From an uncultured Thermoplasmata archaeon (GTDB lineage Archaea; Thermoplasmatota; Thermoplasmata; Halarchaeoplasmatales; Halarchaeoplasmataceae): a DNA stretch of 64,000 nt. The notes beneath the pieces were generated by a model. It searched no databases and was not told the DNA's origin. It worked only from the letters and a program-made list of their open reading frames with translations. Positions 52,801-61,619 of the stretch are shown one piece after another. Position numbers and translations under genes: made by a program. The stretch lies in the NCBI GenBank assembly GCA_964535805.1, contig CAZHUM010000001.1, forward strand, positions 39,122-103,121. Direction: 5' to 3'. The number at the start of each line of letters is the position of its first letter. Within the stretch, counting starts at the first letter, position 1.

Positions 52801-52926
52801 AGAATAAGAGGATGTAGATGGTGTGAGGCTAATACCTTCTTCACTCGATATTCCCTCTAAATAAATGGGAGTTATCATCAAAATGACTAGTATCAATGCA
52901 GCTACTCCTCTGGTTATCTTCATCAA
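49855..52926 (-). CDS. Secreted 1,023-aa protein with an N-terminal right-handed parallel beta-helix region and a central (alpha/alpha)-toroid-like region. It is a probable heavily N-glycosylated surface protein or glycan-processing enzyme.
   Basis: Signal peptide MMKITRGVAALILVILMITPIYL. Beta-helix repeats (NITFKNFDSTGILLSSGTNFVNITNSTFYDN). It contains more than 30 N-x-S/T sequons. Confidence 0.55.
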   Translation of the reverse strand: MMKITRGVAALILVILMITPIYLEGISSEEGISLTPSTSSYSSSHDTIYVFGGGNSLSSIYTDVGDETVFYYDSPNRTGYCYANLTVQGWLNITDETLYFDNEKTFQINSTGGVNITRSEIAGKPEEKRWWEGENRYNIHKNESGTLYVEGSHIMDTGWGNNVGKRGIEIYGTGVEIVNTILSSGLNGLVFYAAGDITDQYLNNITFKNFDSTGILLSSGTNFVNITNSTFYDNWEYDASVTSSGNLTLMNCTIDDWEITSGGRIKKGYYHDFLVKNGSDILENHEVKIFPKEGGSERTYWTDDIGRLHEIPFIWRTNGSTYSQKNIFGITADNKTTYFSPSSYNFISLNTSTTERIYLTNVTTDPTSFVPINNSMGPQNITLSVSVTSNLTQNYQGNVTFYYREIPIAQKSISVSPDASEKISVDWIPEVEGYDKIRAEIDPVRSITDDNLKAWSDVFFAGYYNETIVPYKNKTEKCLQMMEWGVKNEDADGYYTIYEDWLPDILMEMGLAYYGAHARTGNDSYLERGEKQFDYALSFRDEWGLYNFSTVYEVRGLFEDTYEEWNTHRNVRAALALQDAYFYTHNETYLNAFDTVIDFILNKVAMDNITYHGGINYTVPWTSTEPNNGSGGIKGVNKDHPFVYVNGYSKLGRLFTQAYFDENLNSSYYHDDRLLPHMRTCIRYIINDQIYTGDSKGTWAYFSYLDEPDPWRRRSMKYGALAAKELARTNTYLNWDNISKTIDNYTDYVEQHLTIRSAIDTHNGGSATITTYNSWSSLYNTTGRNVSKIDNIKYSNIFFNDDGTFNWFQIDTDRLTNDPEVIGFLYVHYNPFRSFLWDRYYEARRSLTHNITLGSSGASEGWNFISTNLVPKDKSIESMLNAPERGIEGSYDKVMYYDSTDGEWKTFAAGRSSHYNDLNTWDHTMGIWIHMTKNDTLTIQGHHPYRTKIELKPGWNMVGYPSESNKIASNTLPSEITKLGVYNEWAPYNLEYIQDLSTEVLVKGRAYWVYNGADAPVDWSVDY

Positions 52927-52979
52927 TATATAACAAGCTTATTCATCCTATTAATTAATTTTCCCACAGATAAATTCAT

Positions 52980-54461
52980 TCACGGTCGAACCTTTTTTCC
53001 CATGCCCAGAAGCTCCTTCATCATCTTTATATCGTTTTCGCCTATGCCCTTCAATAAATAGAGCGTGATGAAATACAACGTGATAGCTATCGGAAGGAGC
53101 CAGAGCGGTGTTATGGTGAGTGGTATGTATTCATTGGAATACAAGAATACCGCCATGATCACACTTGAGATATAGGGTTTCCAAAAATCAGTTAATGGGA
53201 TAGCGCCTAGGTATGATGTGACTATCCTATAATTTGCCATGAAATGCACGATCTCGGCCAGGACTACTGCTATAGCCGCTCCTACAACACCGAATCGGGG
53301 TATCGCTATTATAGCTGTGACGATCAGAACAAGGGAAGCGAGTGCTAGATTTTTTGTTGAATCCTTGGTTTTGTCGCTGCCCCAGAGGGCCATTTTCAGG
53401 CTGCCGTTCATGAACAAAAAGGGCAGCATCCATACGATGTTTCTAAAGACTGGAACGGTGGCTGAAAACTCCGTACGATAAATGAATTGGAGTATATCTT
53501 CTCCGATGACATACAATCCCAATGTCAGCGGAAGAGAAAACACGAGGAGATATCTCAACGAATGACGGTATGTTTTCTTCATTATCTTTTTACTTGAATG
53601 ATGGTGTTGCGAGAATATCGGGTAAAGTGCCCTTCCGAAAGAGTATGGGACCACACCGAAAAAGACTATTATCTTCCAGCTTGCTCCATATACGCCGGTG
53701 GAATAATCGCCTTCGAAGATAGATAAAAGTAAGATGATAACGTGTCCGTAGACCATACTCAGGAAGATGAAGACCGTGAACGGAGAGGCTTTTTTAACTA
53801 AATCTGGCCATTTATTTAATGTTGGCTTTTTTATGCTGCCGTTCAACATCGAATAATATACGAATAAAGAGATTAAGAAATTGAAAAGGTAAGAAACAAA
53901 GAGCAGAAGTAGGATATAGAACAGATCGAAACCCAAATAAATTCCTATGAAACCCAGGGCTAAATAAACAGATTTCGAAACAGCCGTTGTGAATGCCTGG
54001 AATTCCATCCTCTGCAATGCCTGAAATTGGGCAATAAAAGCTCCAGAAAGTTTTTCCAACAGTATCATAGATGCCGCGACGATCAGCACGGGAACAGGTA
54101 GCTTGACGTTGAGTTCCCTGAATATGGTGTAATAGACTATATATAAAAGTGAAAGAGTCAGTAATCCTAGCAGTACACGGAGGGCCAATATATTTCCCAA
54201 CATCTCTGGTGCCTTTGATTTATCTCGGGAGACCTCCCTTATTGTTAACTCATCGAAACCGAAATCGGCTATCACCGTAGCCACATAAGAGAGCGAGATC
54301 GCGATGTTGTACACACCGAAGGACCTCGGAAGGAGATGGTTAGCTAGGAGGATGATAAACAACGCTGTCAATACTCTAGATGTCAGCTTCGCTCCTATCA
54401 GCCATGATGTGTTCTTCGCTACCTTTAAGGACTTTTTCAAGATATCAAATATAGTTAACAT
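52980..54461 (-). CDS. Oligosaccharide/polysaccharide flippase (Wzx-like, MOP superfamily).
   Basis: About 14 predicted TM helices across 493 aa. Typical polysaccharide-biosynthesis-protein topology. Confidence 0.7.
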   Translation of the reverse strand: MLTIFDILKKSLKVAKNTSWLIGAKLTSRVLTALFIILLANHLLPRSFGVYNIAISLSYVATVIADFGFDELTIREVSRDKSKAPEMLGNILALRVLLGLLTLSLLYIVYYTIFRELNVKLPVPVLIVAASMILLEKLSGAFIAQFQALQRMEFQAFTTAVSKSVYLALGFIGIYLGFDLFYILLLLFVSYLFNFLISLFVYYSMLNGSIKKPTLNKWPDLVKKASPFTVFIFLSMVYGHVIILLLSIFEGDYSTGVYGASWKIIVFFGVVPYSFGRALYPIFSQHHHSSKKIMKKTYRHSLRYLLVFSLPLTLGLYVIGEDILQFIYRTEFSATVPVFRNIVWMLPFLFMNGSLKMALWGSDKTKDSTKNLALASLVLIVTAIIAIPRFGVVGAAIAVVLAEIVHFMANYRIVTSYLGAIPLTDFWKPYISSVIMAVFLYSNEYIPLTITPLWLLPIAITLYFITLYLLKGIGENDIKMMKELLGMGKKVRP

Positions 54462-54521
54462 CAGAGTTTATAAAAATTCTTCTATCGCTATATTTTTAAA
54501 TGTCGATAAGGGCTTTTTGGA

Positions 54522-55601
54522 TCAAAAATACGGATTTTTTCCTTTCTTACAAAGTTCAAAACTCTCGGGCCACTTCTCGTAAAACCACACCATGAAGGAT
54601 GTTACGTCTATCTTTTCCTTCAACAAGCGTTTCCGTTTTTTCCGCCATGTTTCTTTTAGTGTAGGGGTTTTTAACAGGTCCTGCGCCTTTTCTAATGCAC
54701 CCCTGGGGGTATCTATAGAAAAACCCAGTCCGTACCTTCTTTCCTGGTCGTCCAAGTAGCCTCTTCTCTCCTTCCCGGATATCCATATCCAGGGCACACC
54801 CAATACACCGGCTTCCGAGGCCAATGTAGCTCCCTCCCCCACATACAAGTCAGTATAGTAAAGAAGGTCGTGTATATCTTCAGGGGATATTTTAAGCCCT
54901 TTATCGCGCATCTCAGACGGGAGGTCTATCTCAGAAGTCACTAAAACCTTTCCATGCTCTTCCAAACGGGATACAAGATCCATCCTCTCTTCCATATCTT
55001 TAAATGTTTTTTGACCGATATCGTGGCTGGAATCCCATGAGGAAAAACGTACCAATATGATCCTCTCGTCCGAAGAAACATCGATTTTATCTAATACGGA
55101 TGGATCCGGATCGAAGCGGTTTGGGTGTAGGTAGGCCAATTCATGGTATCCAGGATACTGGATGTATCTTCCCGTGGGTACTCTAGAGGAAAAGCAATCC
55201 GGCGTCATGATGGCAGAAGCGAAGGGAAATGAAACGGTATGGATGATCTTTGCTGGCTCGGTGTCCGGCCAAACGATGGAATCGGCTCCGAATATTTTCG
55301 CCACGTGAGACACTGCGAGTTCCCCCGTGGCGGTTATTATGTCGGGGCGGAATTTTCTGGATATGTCGTAGAGGCGGCGGTGGCGCTTCAGCTGTCCGTA
55401 ACCTTTACCGACCATGCTGTCGTACAGTTTTTCATACACATCATACTCCAAACCGTACGTGTCAAGTAGATACGACGTTATCTCTCTATCCACTACGACT
55501 ATCTTTACGTCATGTCCATCGCTTATCAGCCTCTTGACGGCGTTCCTAAAAAAATGTACATGGGCTGGGTGCTGGATGGTTATTAATATTTTCATTTTCA
55601 T
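54522..55601 (-). CDS. DUF354-family protein (archaeal GT-B/epimerase-like fold).
   Basis: The N-terminus MKILITIQHPAHVHFFRNAVKRL matches the DUF354 hallmark (MKIW.DI.N.PHVHFF). Confidence 0.6.
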   Translation of the reverse strand: MKMKILITIQHPAHVHFFRNAVKRLISDGHDVKIVVVDREITSYLLDTYGLEYDVYEKLYDSMVGKGYGQLKRHRRLYDISRKFRPDIITATGELAVSHVAKIFGADSIVWPDTEPAKIIHTVSFPFASAIMTPDCFSSRVPTGRYIQYPGYHELAYLHPNRFDPDPSVLDKIDVSSDERIILVRFSSWDSSHDIGQKTFKDMEERMDLVSRLEEHGKVLVTSEIDLPSEMRDKGLKISPEDIHDLLYYTDLYVGEGATLASEAGVLGVPWIWISGKERRGYLDDQERRYGLGFSIDTPRGALEKAQDLLKTPTLKETWRKKRKRLLKEKIDVTSFMVWFYEKWPESFELCKKGKNPYF

Positions 55602-55645
55602 AAGATAAAGGGCGTGGGAAATTTATAACATTTTTGTAAAGAACG

Positions 55646-56572
55646 TCAAAAATGCTTTTTCACATGGCCCTTGAGCTTTTTCCAATCGCTGTCAGATACT
55701 TTTTGCATATTAGAAGAAGCTAACGATGGAGTATCTCTAGAGATACGTTGTAATGTTAGGCCAATATCGTTGTAGAAACGATTTATAGATTTCAACTGTA
55801 GCTCTGTGTTCTTGCACAATTCTTCATAGTTAACGAGATGTATAGCCTTGATTTCATTTTTCTTTATCGATTTTTCTATGTGGTCTTCCAGGGATTTTAC
55901 CTGCAAAACAACTTGTTCATGAGGTGGGTGTTCCGTTATCTTTTCATAGCCAGGGGGTTTGATGCCGAACCATCTTTTGTAGTCTCCGTACCTTTTCCGT
56001 CTGGAGATCAACAAAGATTGGGCGGTATAAAGGGGGTCACGTTTCATGAAAAGGAATACTGGATTTGAAAAGATTTGATTGATTTCATCTATCTTTTTAC
56101 TCAGATCTAGGTTCTTCCAGATAAAGGGTCGAGAAGTGAAATATGAGATATATCCGATCGTTTTGGATATTCGTTTCCGTTCTTTATCATCCATTTTACC
56201 GGATTCGAACCAGTATCGATAAAGCTGCCCGGCTTCCGATGGGGAGCGGATGCCTTCGATAAGCCCGTATTCACTTTTGTAATCATCTGGGTCGTACCTT
56301 TTCTTTTCACTACAAAATTTCTTAGTCGCCCAAGCGGGACTTTTATAGAAAAAAGCCGTGATGTTGGAAAAATATGAAAAATTGAAATTGGATGCTAACA
56401 GTTGATATAATAGGGTAGAACCGCTTCTAGGTGGACCTATTATAAATGTCGGTGAGAAGGGTAAATTATGATCTGATTTGTCAAGTAAGCGTTTCTCTAA
56501 GTATTCAAATACGGGGCAGCTAGGCACCGTTTTTTGAAGTGCCAGTAATACTTGTCTAAATGTGAAATTCAT
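55646..56572 (-). CDS. Sulfotransferase-family protein (PAPS-dependent).
   Basis: 5'-PSB-like P-loop FIIGPPRSGSTLLYQLL. The start was set at the internal ATG (MNFTFRQ) to minimise overlap. Confidence 0.55.
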   Translation of the reverse strand: MNFTFRQVLLALQKTVPSCPVFEYLEKRLLDKSDHNLPFSPTFIIGPPRSGSTLLYQLLASNFNFSYFSNITAFFYKSPAWATKKFCSEKKRYDPDDYKSEYGLIEGIRSPSEAGQLYRYWFESGKMDDKERKRISKTIGYISYFTSRPFIWKNLDLSKKIDEINQIFSNPVFLFMKRDPLYTAQSLLISRRKRYGDYKRWFGIKPPGYEKITEHPPHEQVVLQVKSLEDHIEKSIKKNEIKAIHLVNYEELCKNTELQLKSINRFYNDIGLTLQRISRDTPSLASSNMQKVSDSDWKKLKGHVKKHF

Positions 56573-56582
56573 GTGTATCCCC

Positions 56583-57572
56583 CTACAGCAGCCTCCTATA
56601 CAATTTGTATGCTTTTTCACTCATGGACAGCATGATGGGTTTATGGACCTTTTCATAGCGTCCGAAATTGACTTTTTTACCGCCGAATCTCCTCTTGAAC
56701 TCCCTGGGCCCGTATTTTTCGTCCGGGTGTCCAGCACCCCCGAAATCGAATATTTTATAACTTCCTTCTACACCGTGTTTCAGGAATTCCCACACGAGCA
56801 GTTCATTTGCATGTTCATCTCTGTAACCCTCTTCGTCCCCTGCATACCAATCGTAGATGGTGTGCATGTAACACAGCGCGATCCTCCCTGCGATAGGAAT
56901 TCCCTTATTGTAAGCCAATAACGGCAGTATCATTTCTTTGTCTGATAGGTTTTTAAAGGCTGAAGTGAATAGGGATTTACTTGCCACCGGAATCTGAACC
57001 CTGCTGTAGGTTTTTTGAATCAGGTCGTACAATATCTCCATCTCTTCCACCGTTGACACCTTTTTGACTTTTATCCCCGCCCTCTGTGCTTGTCTTATAC
57101 CCTTTCGCCTGCTTTTACTGAAGCCGTTCCATACCTCATCTTCACTGCAATCTAAATCAACCAAATAATTAAGATGGGAGTCAAAATCAAAATCCTCGTC
57201 GATTATTTTTTTCTTATAATGGCTGGTGTCGAAAAGATTCCTCAATTGAGTGAATATAGCCTTTTTTTCCACTCTATCCGAAAATTTCTCCAACAGTGGC
57301 CCTACTATAGATGGGTCAGATACCAAAGGTCCCCCTCTTACTACACATCTAGATGACATCTTCCCCTTGATAAAACCGCTTTCTTGGATGATGACACCCT
57401 GAATCAGTCCTTGTATGTCTCCTCTTTCCTTAGCTACGATGAACACTGGCTCGTAGTAGTCGGTGTCTGAATACACCTCATTCATCTCCGGGCTCTGGAA
57501 GATATTTCCATAGGGGTGTATAGAAACGTATCGAGCCCATTCTTTGTTTTCGACAGCCCCCACTATTTTCAT
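56583..57572 (-). CDS. FemAB/BioF2-like GNAT-fold acyl- or aminoacyl-transferase (Acetyltransf_6-like).
   Basis: Collinear resemblance to FemX/BioF2-like proteins (GFxKxxxSRRKGIRQAQRAGIKV..., FDFGGAG). Confidence 0.45.
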   Translation of the reverse strand: MKIVGAVENKEWARYVSIHPYGNIFQSPEMNEVYSDTDYYEPVFIVAKERGDIQGLIQGVIIQESGFIKGKMSSRCVVRGGPLVSDPSIVGPLLEKFSDRVEKKAIFTQLRNLFDTSHYKKKIIDEDFDFDSHLNYLVDLDCSEDEVWNGFSKSRRKGIRQAQRAGIKVKKVSTVEEMEILYDLIQKTYSRVQIPVASKSLFTSAFKNLSDKEMILPLLAYNKGIPIAGRIALCYMHTIYDWYAGDEEGYRDEHANELLVWEFLKHGVEGSYKIFDFGGAGHPDEKYGPREFKRRFGGKKVNFGRYEKVHKPIMLSMSEKAYKLYRRLL

Positions 57573-58480
57573 GTGACACCTCCCATATGTTTCAACTCTC
57601 GTTTCATGGTTTTTCGATCCTGAAGACAGAGCATATCCAGGTCACCAGTAATAGCGATATAACGTTTAGAATCCACTGGGGTCCTGGCAGAGGATATTTT
57701 TGCAGCAAGGGTCGATAATTTCAAAAACTCAGCGTTGTGTTCTCTGCCGTATTTTATCAAATCTCTGAGGGCCCTTTCACAGAACGATATCCTTTCGGGA
57801 TGCAGTTGGATGACCAATGGGTATTTATTTCGAAATGCACTTTTTGCCATTTCTATCCAATATCGGCTTATGTCTTTGTCACTGAATCCGAACCTGTCCA
57901 CCAATATCTCGTCATCTGGTAACCAGACGGGTATCATAGTGACCCCGTGTTTAGATTTAATTTCTGGTTCGCTGAGGGGAGCATAGTAATCGATTATCGT
58001 GCTGCACTTGCTGTTATTCCTATATTTATCAGGCAGCACACCGGAGTCGTAGGATTGTGATGAATCATAGGTAAAATTTTCCGATAATTTTTTTATCAAT
58101 TTTTCGTTCCATGCAAGATATGGTGCCCTGAAGCCCTCTGGTTTAAAGCCATTTTCACGGAATATCTGAACCGCTGATTTCAGATGGCGATCTATTTCGG
58201 TATCTGGTAGTACACGATAATCGATATGAACGTGTCCGTGCACTCCGAACTCTACTATGTCTGAATCGATACTACCTAAAAAATCTGAATGTTTTTCTAA
58301 AACGACCGCGGGTATGAATATGGTGAGGGGGGTTTGGCTTTCCTCCACGATCCCGATGTATTTTTTTATATTTTGTTCCATCTTTTTGGTACTAAAGCCG
58401 TATCTCCTTCGCATATTGAAGAAACGTTTGACAGTACCTATCAAACCCTTAGTTTTAATCGAGTGATAAGATGGAGCCAT
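57569..58480 (-). CDS. Polysaccharide deacetylase-like (NodB/CE4 homology) protein.
   Basis: FGVHGHVHIDY (HGxxH-like) and RAPYLAW motifs. Confidence 0.45.
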   Translation of the reverse strand: MAPSYHSIKTKGLIGTVKRFFNMRRRYGFSTKKMEQNIKKYIGIVEESQTPLTIFIPAVVLEKHSDFLGSIDSDIVEFGVHGHVHIDYRVLPDTEIDRHLKSAVQIFRENGFKPEGFRAPYLAWNEKLIKKLSENFTYDSSQSYDSGVLPDKYRNNSKCSTIIDYYAPLSEPEIKSKHGVTMIPVWLPDDEILVDRFGFSDKDISRYWIEMAKSAFRNKYPLVIQLHPERISFCERALRDLIKYGREHNAEFLKLSTLAAKISSARTPVDSKRYIAITGDLDMLCLQDRKTMKRELKHMGGVT

Positions 58481-58576
58481 ATCGTTTAAGACATTTATAA
58501 CATATTATTTATAACTAATGAGGATATCAATGAACGCGACCAAAAATAAGAAACGGCACAAGACGGACGAAAAAAT

Positions 58577-59083
58577 ATGAGCTTGATGAACATATTATTC
58601 AGCATCGGAAACGACCCCCTTCAGTATTCCATATTATTCTTCACCTACGCTGTTCTAGCTGCCGTTATACTGCCCATACCCGTAGAAGTCGGGCTGTTCA
58701 ACTTCCATATACACCCCGCCATATTGATCACCGTACTCGCTTTGGGCAAGGGTGTCGGATCATTCATAGTTTTCGAGATCGGTACGAAAGTAAGAGAACG
58801 CTTCAAAAAGATGTCAGTTGAGAACCGGTTCATCCAGAAGATCGTTGATTTTTCCGAATGGTTCGTTGAGAAATACGGTTCCGTGGGCCTATTTTTGATC
58901 TTAAGCACACCGCTGATGATAGATTCGATTACCCTGTACCTCTTTTCTTTGCTGAATCCAGAGGAAGATCATGGAAGAGCTCTGTCTAGAGAATGGTTCG
59001 TTTTCATAAATATAATGAGTGGGGCCGTCAGAGGACTGATAACGTTGATCGTGTATTACTACCTGAACATCAAATTAACGTAA
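58577..59083 (+). CDS. Small multi-TM membrane protein, YqaA/DedA (VTT-domain)-like.
   Basis: Four predicted TM helices, size and pattern like COG1238. Weak. Confidence 0.35.
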   Translation: MSLMNILFSIGNDPLQYSILFFTYAVLAAVILPIPVEVGLFNFHIHPAILITVLALGKGVGSFIVFEIGTKVRERFKKMSVENRFIQKIVDFSEWFVEKYGSVGLFLILSTPLMIDSITLYLFSLLNPEEDHGRALSREWFVFINIMSGAVRGLITLIVYYYLNIKLT

Positions 59084-59114
59084 ATAATAATATACCGTAT
59101 GCATAATAACGCCC

Positions 59115-59684
59115 ATGGAATGGTATGTTGTTCTAGCGATGTCATTTGTTTTGGTCGCCCTGGCCGAGTTAGGGGACAAATCGCAGGTGATGACAATAAG
59201 TTTGGCTTCCAAATACCATTACAGACCTGTGTTTTGTGGTATATTTATGGGTATGGGTGTGGTGACAGTCATTGGTGTAGCCATCGGTTCTATATTATAC
59301 ACTGTCTTCCCGATGTTTTATATCAAGATTTTTGCCGGTCTTGTTTTCATCTTATTCGGAGTGATCTCATTATACAAAGAGGAAAAATACCGTCATGAAC
59401 AAATGCACCATAGAAAAATTTTTCAGAAATCCTTTTTCCTCTCTTTCATTGCAGAATTTGGAGATAAAACACAATTGGCGGTTATCGCCTTAACGGCTAG
59501 ATATATGCAACCCTTTTCAGTTCTTGCCGGTTCCTTGGCAGGCCTCTTGTTGGTGATCGCAGTTGGTGTATTTCTAGGCAATAGAATAGCTCAATTTATA
59601 GAAAAGGAAAAAATTGAGTTGATCGCTGCTTTAGCTTTCATAATCCTTGGCTTCATTTTCATCGTAGAGCCTTTTCTACTTTGA
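59115..59684 (+). CDS. UPF0016/GDT1 (TMEM165) family cation (Mn2+/Ca2+):H+ transporter.
   Basis: Two E-x-G-D-K-(S/T) repeats (ELGDKSQV and EFGDKTQL), each in one half of a 6-TM protein. Confidence 0.8.
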   Translation: MEWYVVLAMSFVLVALAELGDKSQVMTISLASKYHYRPVFCGIFMGMGVVTVIGVAIGSILYTVFPMFYIKIFAGLVFILFGVISLYKEEKYRHEQMHHRKIFQKSFFLSFIAEFGDKTQLAVIALTARYMQPFSVLAGSLAGLLLVIAVGVFLGNRIAQFIEKEKIELIAALAFIILGFIFIVEPFLL

Positions 59685-59695
59685 ATAAATAATAT

Positions 59696-60259
59696 ATGGC
59701 AGAGGGGCACTTTATTTTCATGAGCAGATGGGAAAAGAACGGTTCTAAAATCGTCGCTAGGTCCACATTTTTTACACTGAAAGAGGACGAAGTTGTGATG
59801 AAGGACGGTGAAGAGAAAACCTACACGATGCTGGACATTCCAGATTTTGCTGGTGTTCTCCCCGTATACGGAGATAAGTTCGTTCTCATAAAGAATTACA
59901 GGTATCCTATCGACAAGATGGTGTTGGAGATCCCTGCTGGCCTCATAGACGAAGGGGAAGAACCGATAGAAACCGCGGAGCGCGAACTGGAGGAAGAAAC
60001 GGGATTCCTGCTGAAGGGTGGGGAGAAGCTGTGTGAATATCATCCCATAGCCAGCCTGAACAATCAGACGGCCTATTTGTTCCTGGGAAAGGCGGAAAGG
60101 GGTGGAATCATCAATCACGATCACGGAGAGGATATGGAAGTAGAATTGGTCTCTATCAAGGAAGCATATCAGATGCTGGATGATAAAAGGATAGACCACC
60201 CCCATACCATGTTGGCACTTTTTTACGCTCGAGATAGATTGAAAGGGTATTTAAAATGA
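59696..60259 (+). CDS. NUDIX hydrolase (ADP-ribose pyrophosphatase-like).
   Basis: Nudix box GLIDEGEEPIETAERELEEETGF. Confidence 0.8.
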   Translation: MAEGHFIFMSRWEKNGSKIVARSTFFTLKEDEVVMKDGEEKTYTMLDIPDFAGVLPVYGDKFVLIKNYRYPIDKMVLEIPAGLIDEGEEPIETAERELEEETGFLLKGGEKLCEYHPIASLNNQTAYLFLGKAERGGIINHDHGEDMEVELVSIKEAYQMLDDKRIDHPHTMLALFYARDRLKGYLK

Positions 60260-60323
60260 TCAAAAACATTGGTATTTATCCAAAAAAGTTTATAGCTATT
60301 AACTTATAATCCGTCACTATTCC

Positions 60324-61607
60324 ATGGCAAAGAAGATACGTAGTGAAAGCGGTACTATATACTGTTCTTATTGTGGAACCGCTGTTTCGGAAGAGGACGA
60401 AAACTGTCCAAACTGCGGAGAAAAATTAGATGAGGGGGTTATCGAGGGCAAGGTATGCCACGCCTGTGGAACGCCCGTTGGCAATCTTGAGGACGTGTGC
60501 CCTAAATGCGGGACCAATTTGATAGGTGATAGCGAGTCCAAGAAAGAGGACGATGAGTTTCTGTCCCGGTTGATCGGATGGGGGGATGAGGCTGAGGAAA
60601 AATTGCAGAGCAAGATTGAAGAGAAAAGGAAAGCCGCGGACGTATTCAGGAAAGTCGCTTCCGGGATGGGGGTTGAAGAAGGAGAGGGGAGAGGTATATT
60701 ACTAGAGGAACTGGACGAGCCATTTCAGAAAGTGATAGAAGCCACTCAGGATAGGATCAAGATCGTAGAGAACAATATCGTGGAATTAGAGGAAAAAGTT
60801 GAAAAAACAGAGGGAGAGGAATTAGAGATAACAGAAGATGAACTGAGGATGCTAAGAGAGGAAAAACAGAACCTTCTGGATATGATCGACTGTTTGAACA
60901 ATATGGGCGAAGCTGTGAATGCCCTATTAGACAAACAAAAATTCGAGATGGAAGAAAAACAGGAAGAACTCAAAGACCGTGTCAGGGAGTTCAAAAAGGT
61001 GGTGAAACAGAGGGAGAAGGAGAAAAACAAAATCGAAGATAAAAAGGATAAACTTGTCCGAAGAGAAAAAGAATTGAAGCAGTGGGAGAACCAGTTACGT
61101 GCCTGGGAACAAGACCTCAACGACAAAGAAAAAAGATTGGAAGAGATGAAAAAGAAGTACGAGGAAGGGGGAGAAAAGCTGGAAGAGATCGAAGAAGAGA
61201 TGCCAGAAGAAGGGGCCGTTACTCCCGATGAATGGCTGAAGGAACAAAAGAAGATCCAGAGCGAACTATTCAAGCTGAAGGACATGTGGGGCGAGGAGGA
61301 CATGGATGAGATAGAAAATCTCTCAGATGCGAATATTGCTCAGATCAAGAATGTGATCAAAAAGAAGGAAGTGGAGTGGCAGGAAAAGGTAGATGAATTA
61401 GAGAAAGAATTAGAAGAATTAAGAGAAGAAAGAGACCGGTTAAAGGAAGAAGGTGGAGAACTTGATGTGAAGATCGACGAGATCGAATCCATCCTTAAGA
61501 TTTTAGACAGTTTATTAGGCGAGCTGCCAGAAGATAAGATTAAGGAATTCGCGAAATCGGATGAATTCGAACTTTACGAAAAAGTCTTGGATGCTTTCGG
61601 GATATAG
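60324..61607 (+). CDS. Double zinc-ribbon protein with a long C-terminal coiled coil.
   Basis: N-terminal CSYCG...CPNCG and CHACG...CPKCG, followed by about 300 aa of E/K-rich heptad sequence. Confidence 0.6.
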   Translation: MAKKIRSESGTIYCSYCGTAVSEEDENCPNCGEKLDEGVIEGKVCHACGTPVGNLEDVCPKCGTNLIGDSESKKEDDEFLSRLIGWGDEAEEKLQSKIEEKRKAADVFRKVASGMGVEEGEGRGILLEELDEPFQKVIEATQDRIKIVENNIVELEEKVEKTEGEELEITEDELRMLREEKQNLLDMIDCLNNMGEAVNALLDKQKFEMEEKQEELKDRVREFKKVVKQREKEKNKIEDKKDKLVRREKELKQWENQLRAWEQDLNDKEKRLEEMKKKYEEGGEKLEEIEEEMPEEGAVTPDEWLKEQKKIQSELFKLKDMWGEEDMDEIENLSDANIAQIKNVIKKKEVEWQEKVDELEKELEELREERDRLKEEGGELDVKIDEIESILKILDSLLGELPEDKIKEFAKSDEFELYEKVLDAFGI

Positions 61608-61619
61608 GTGTTTTTTAAA

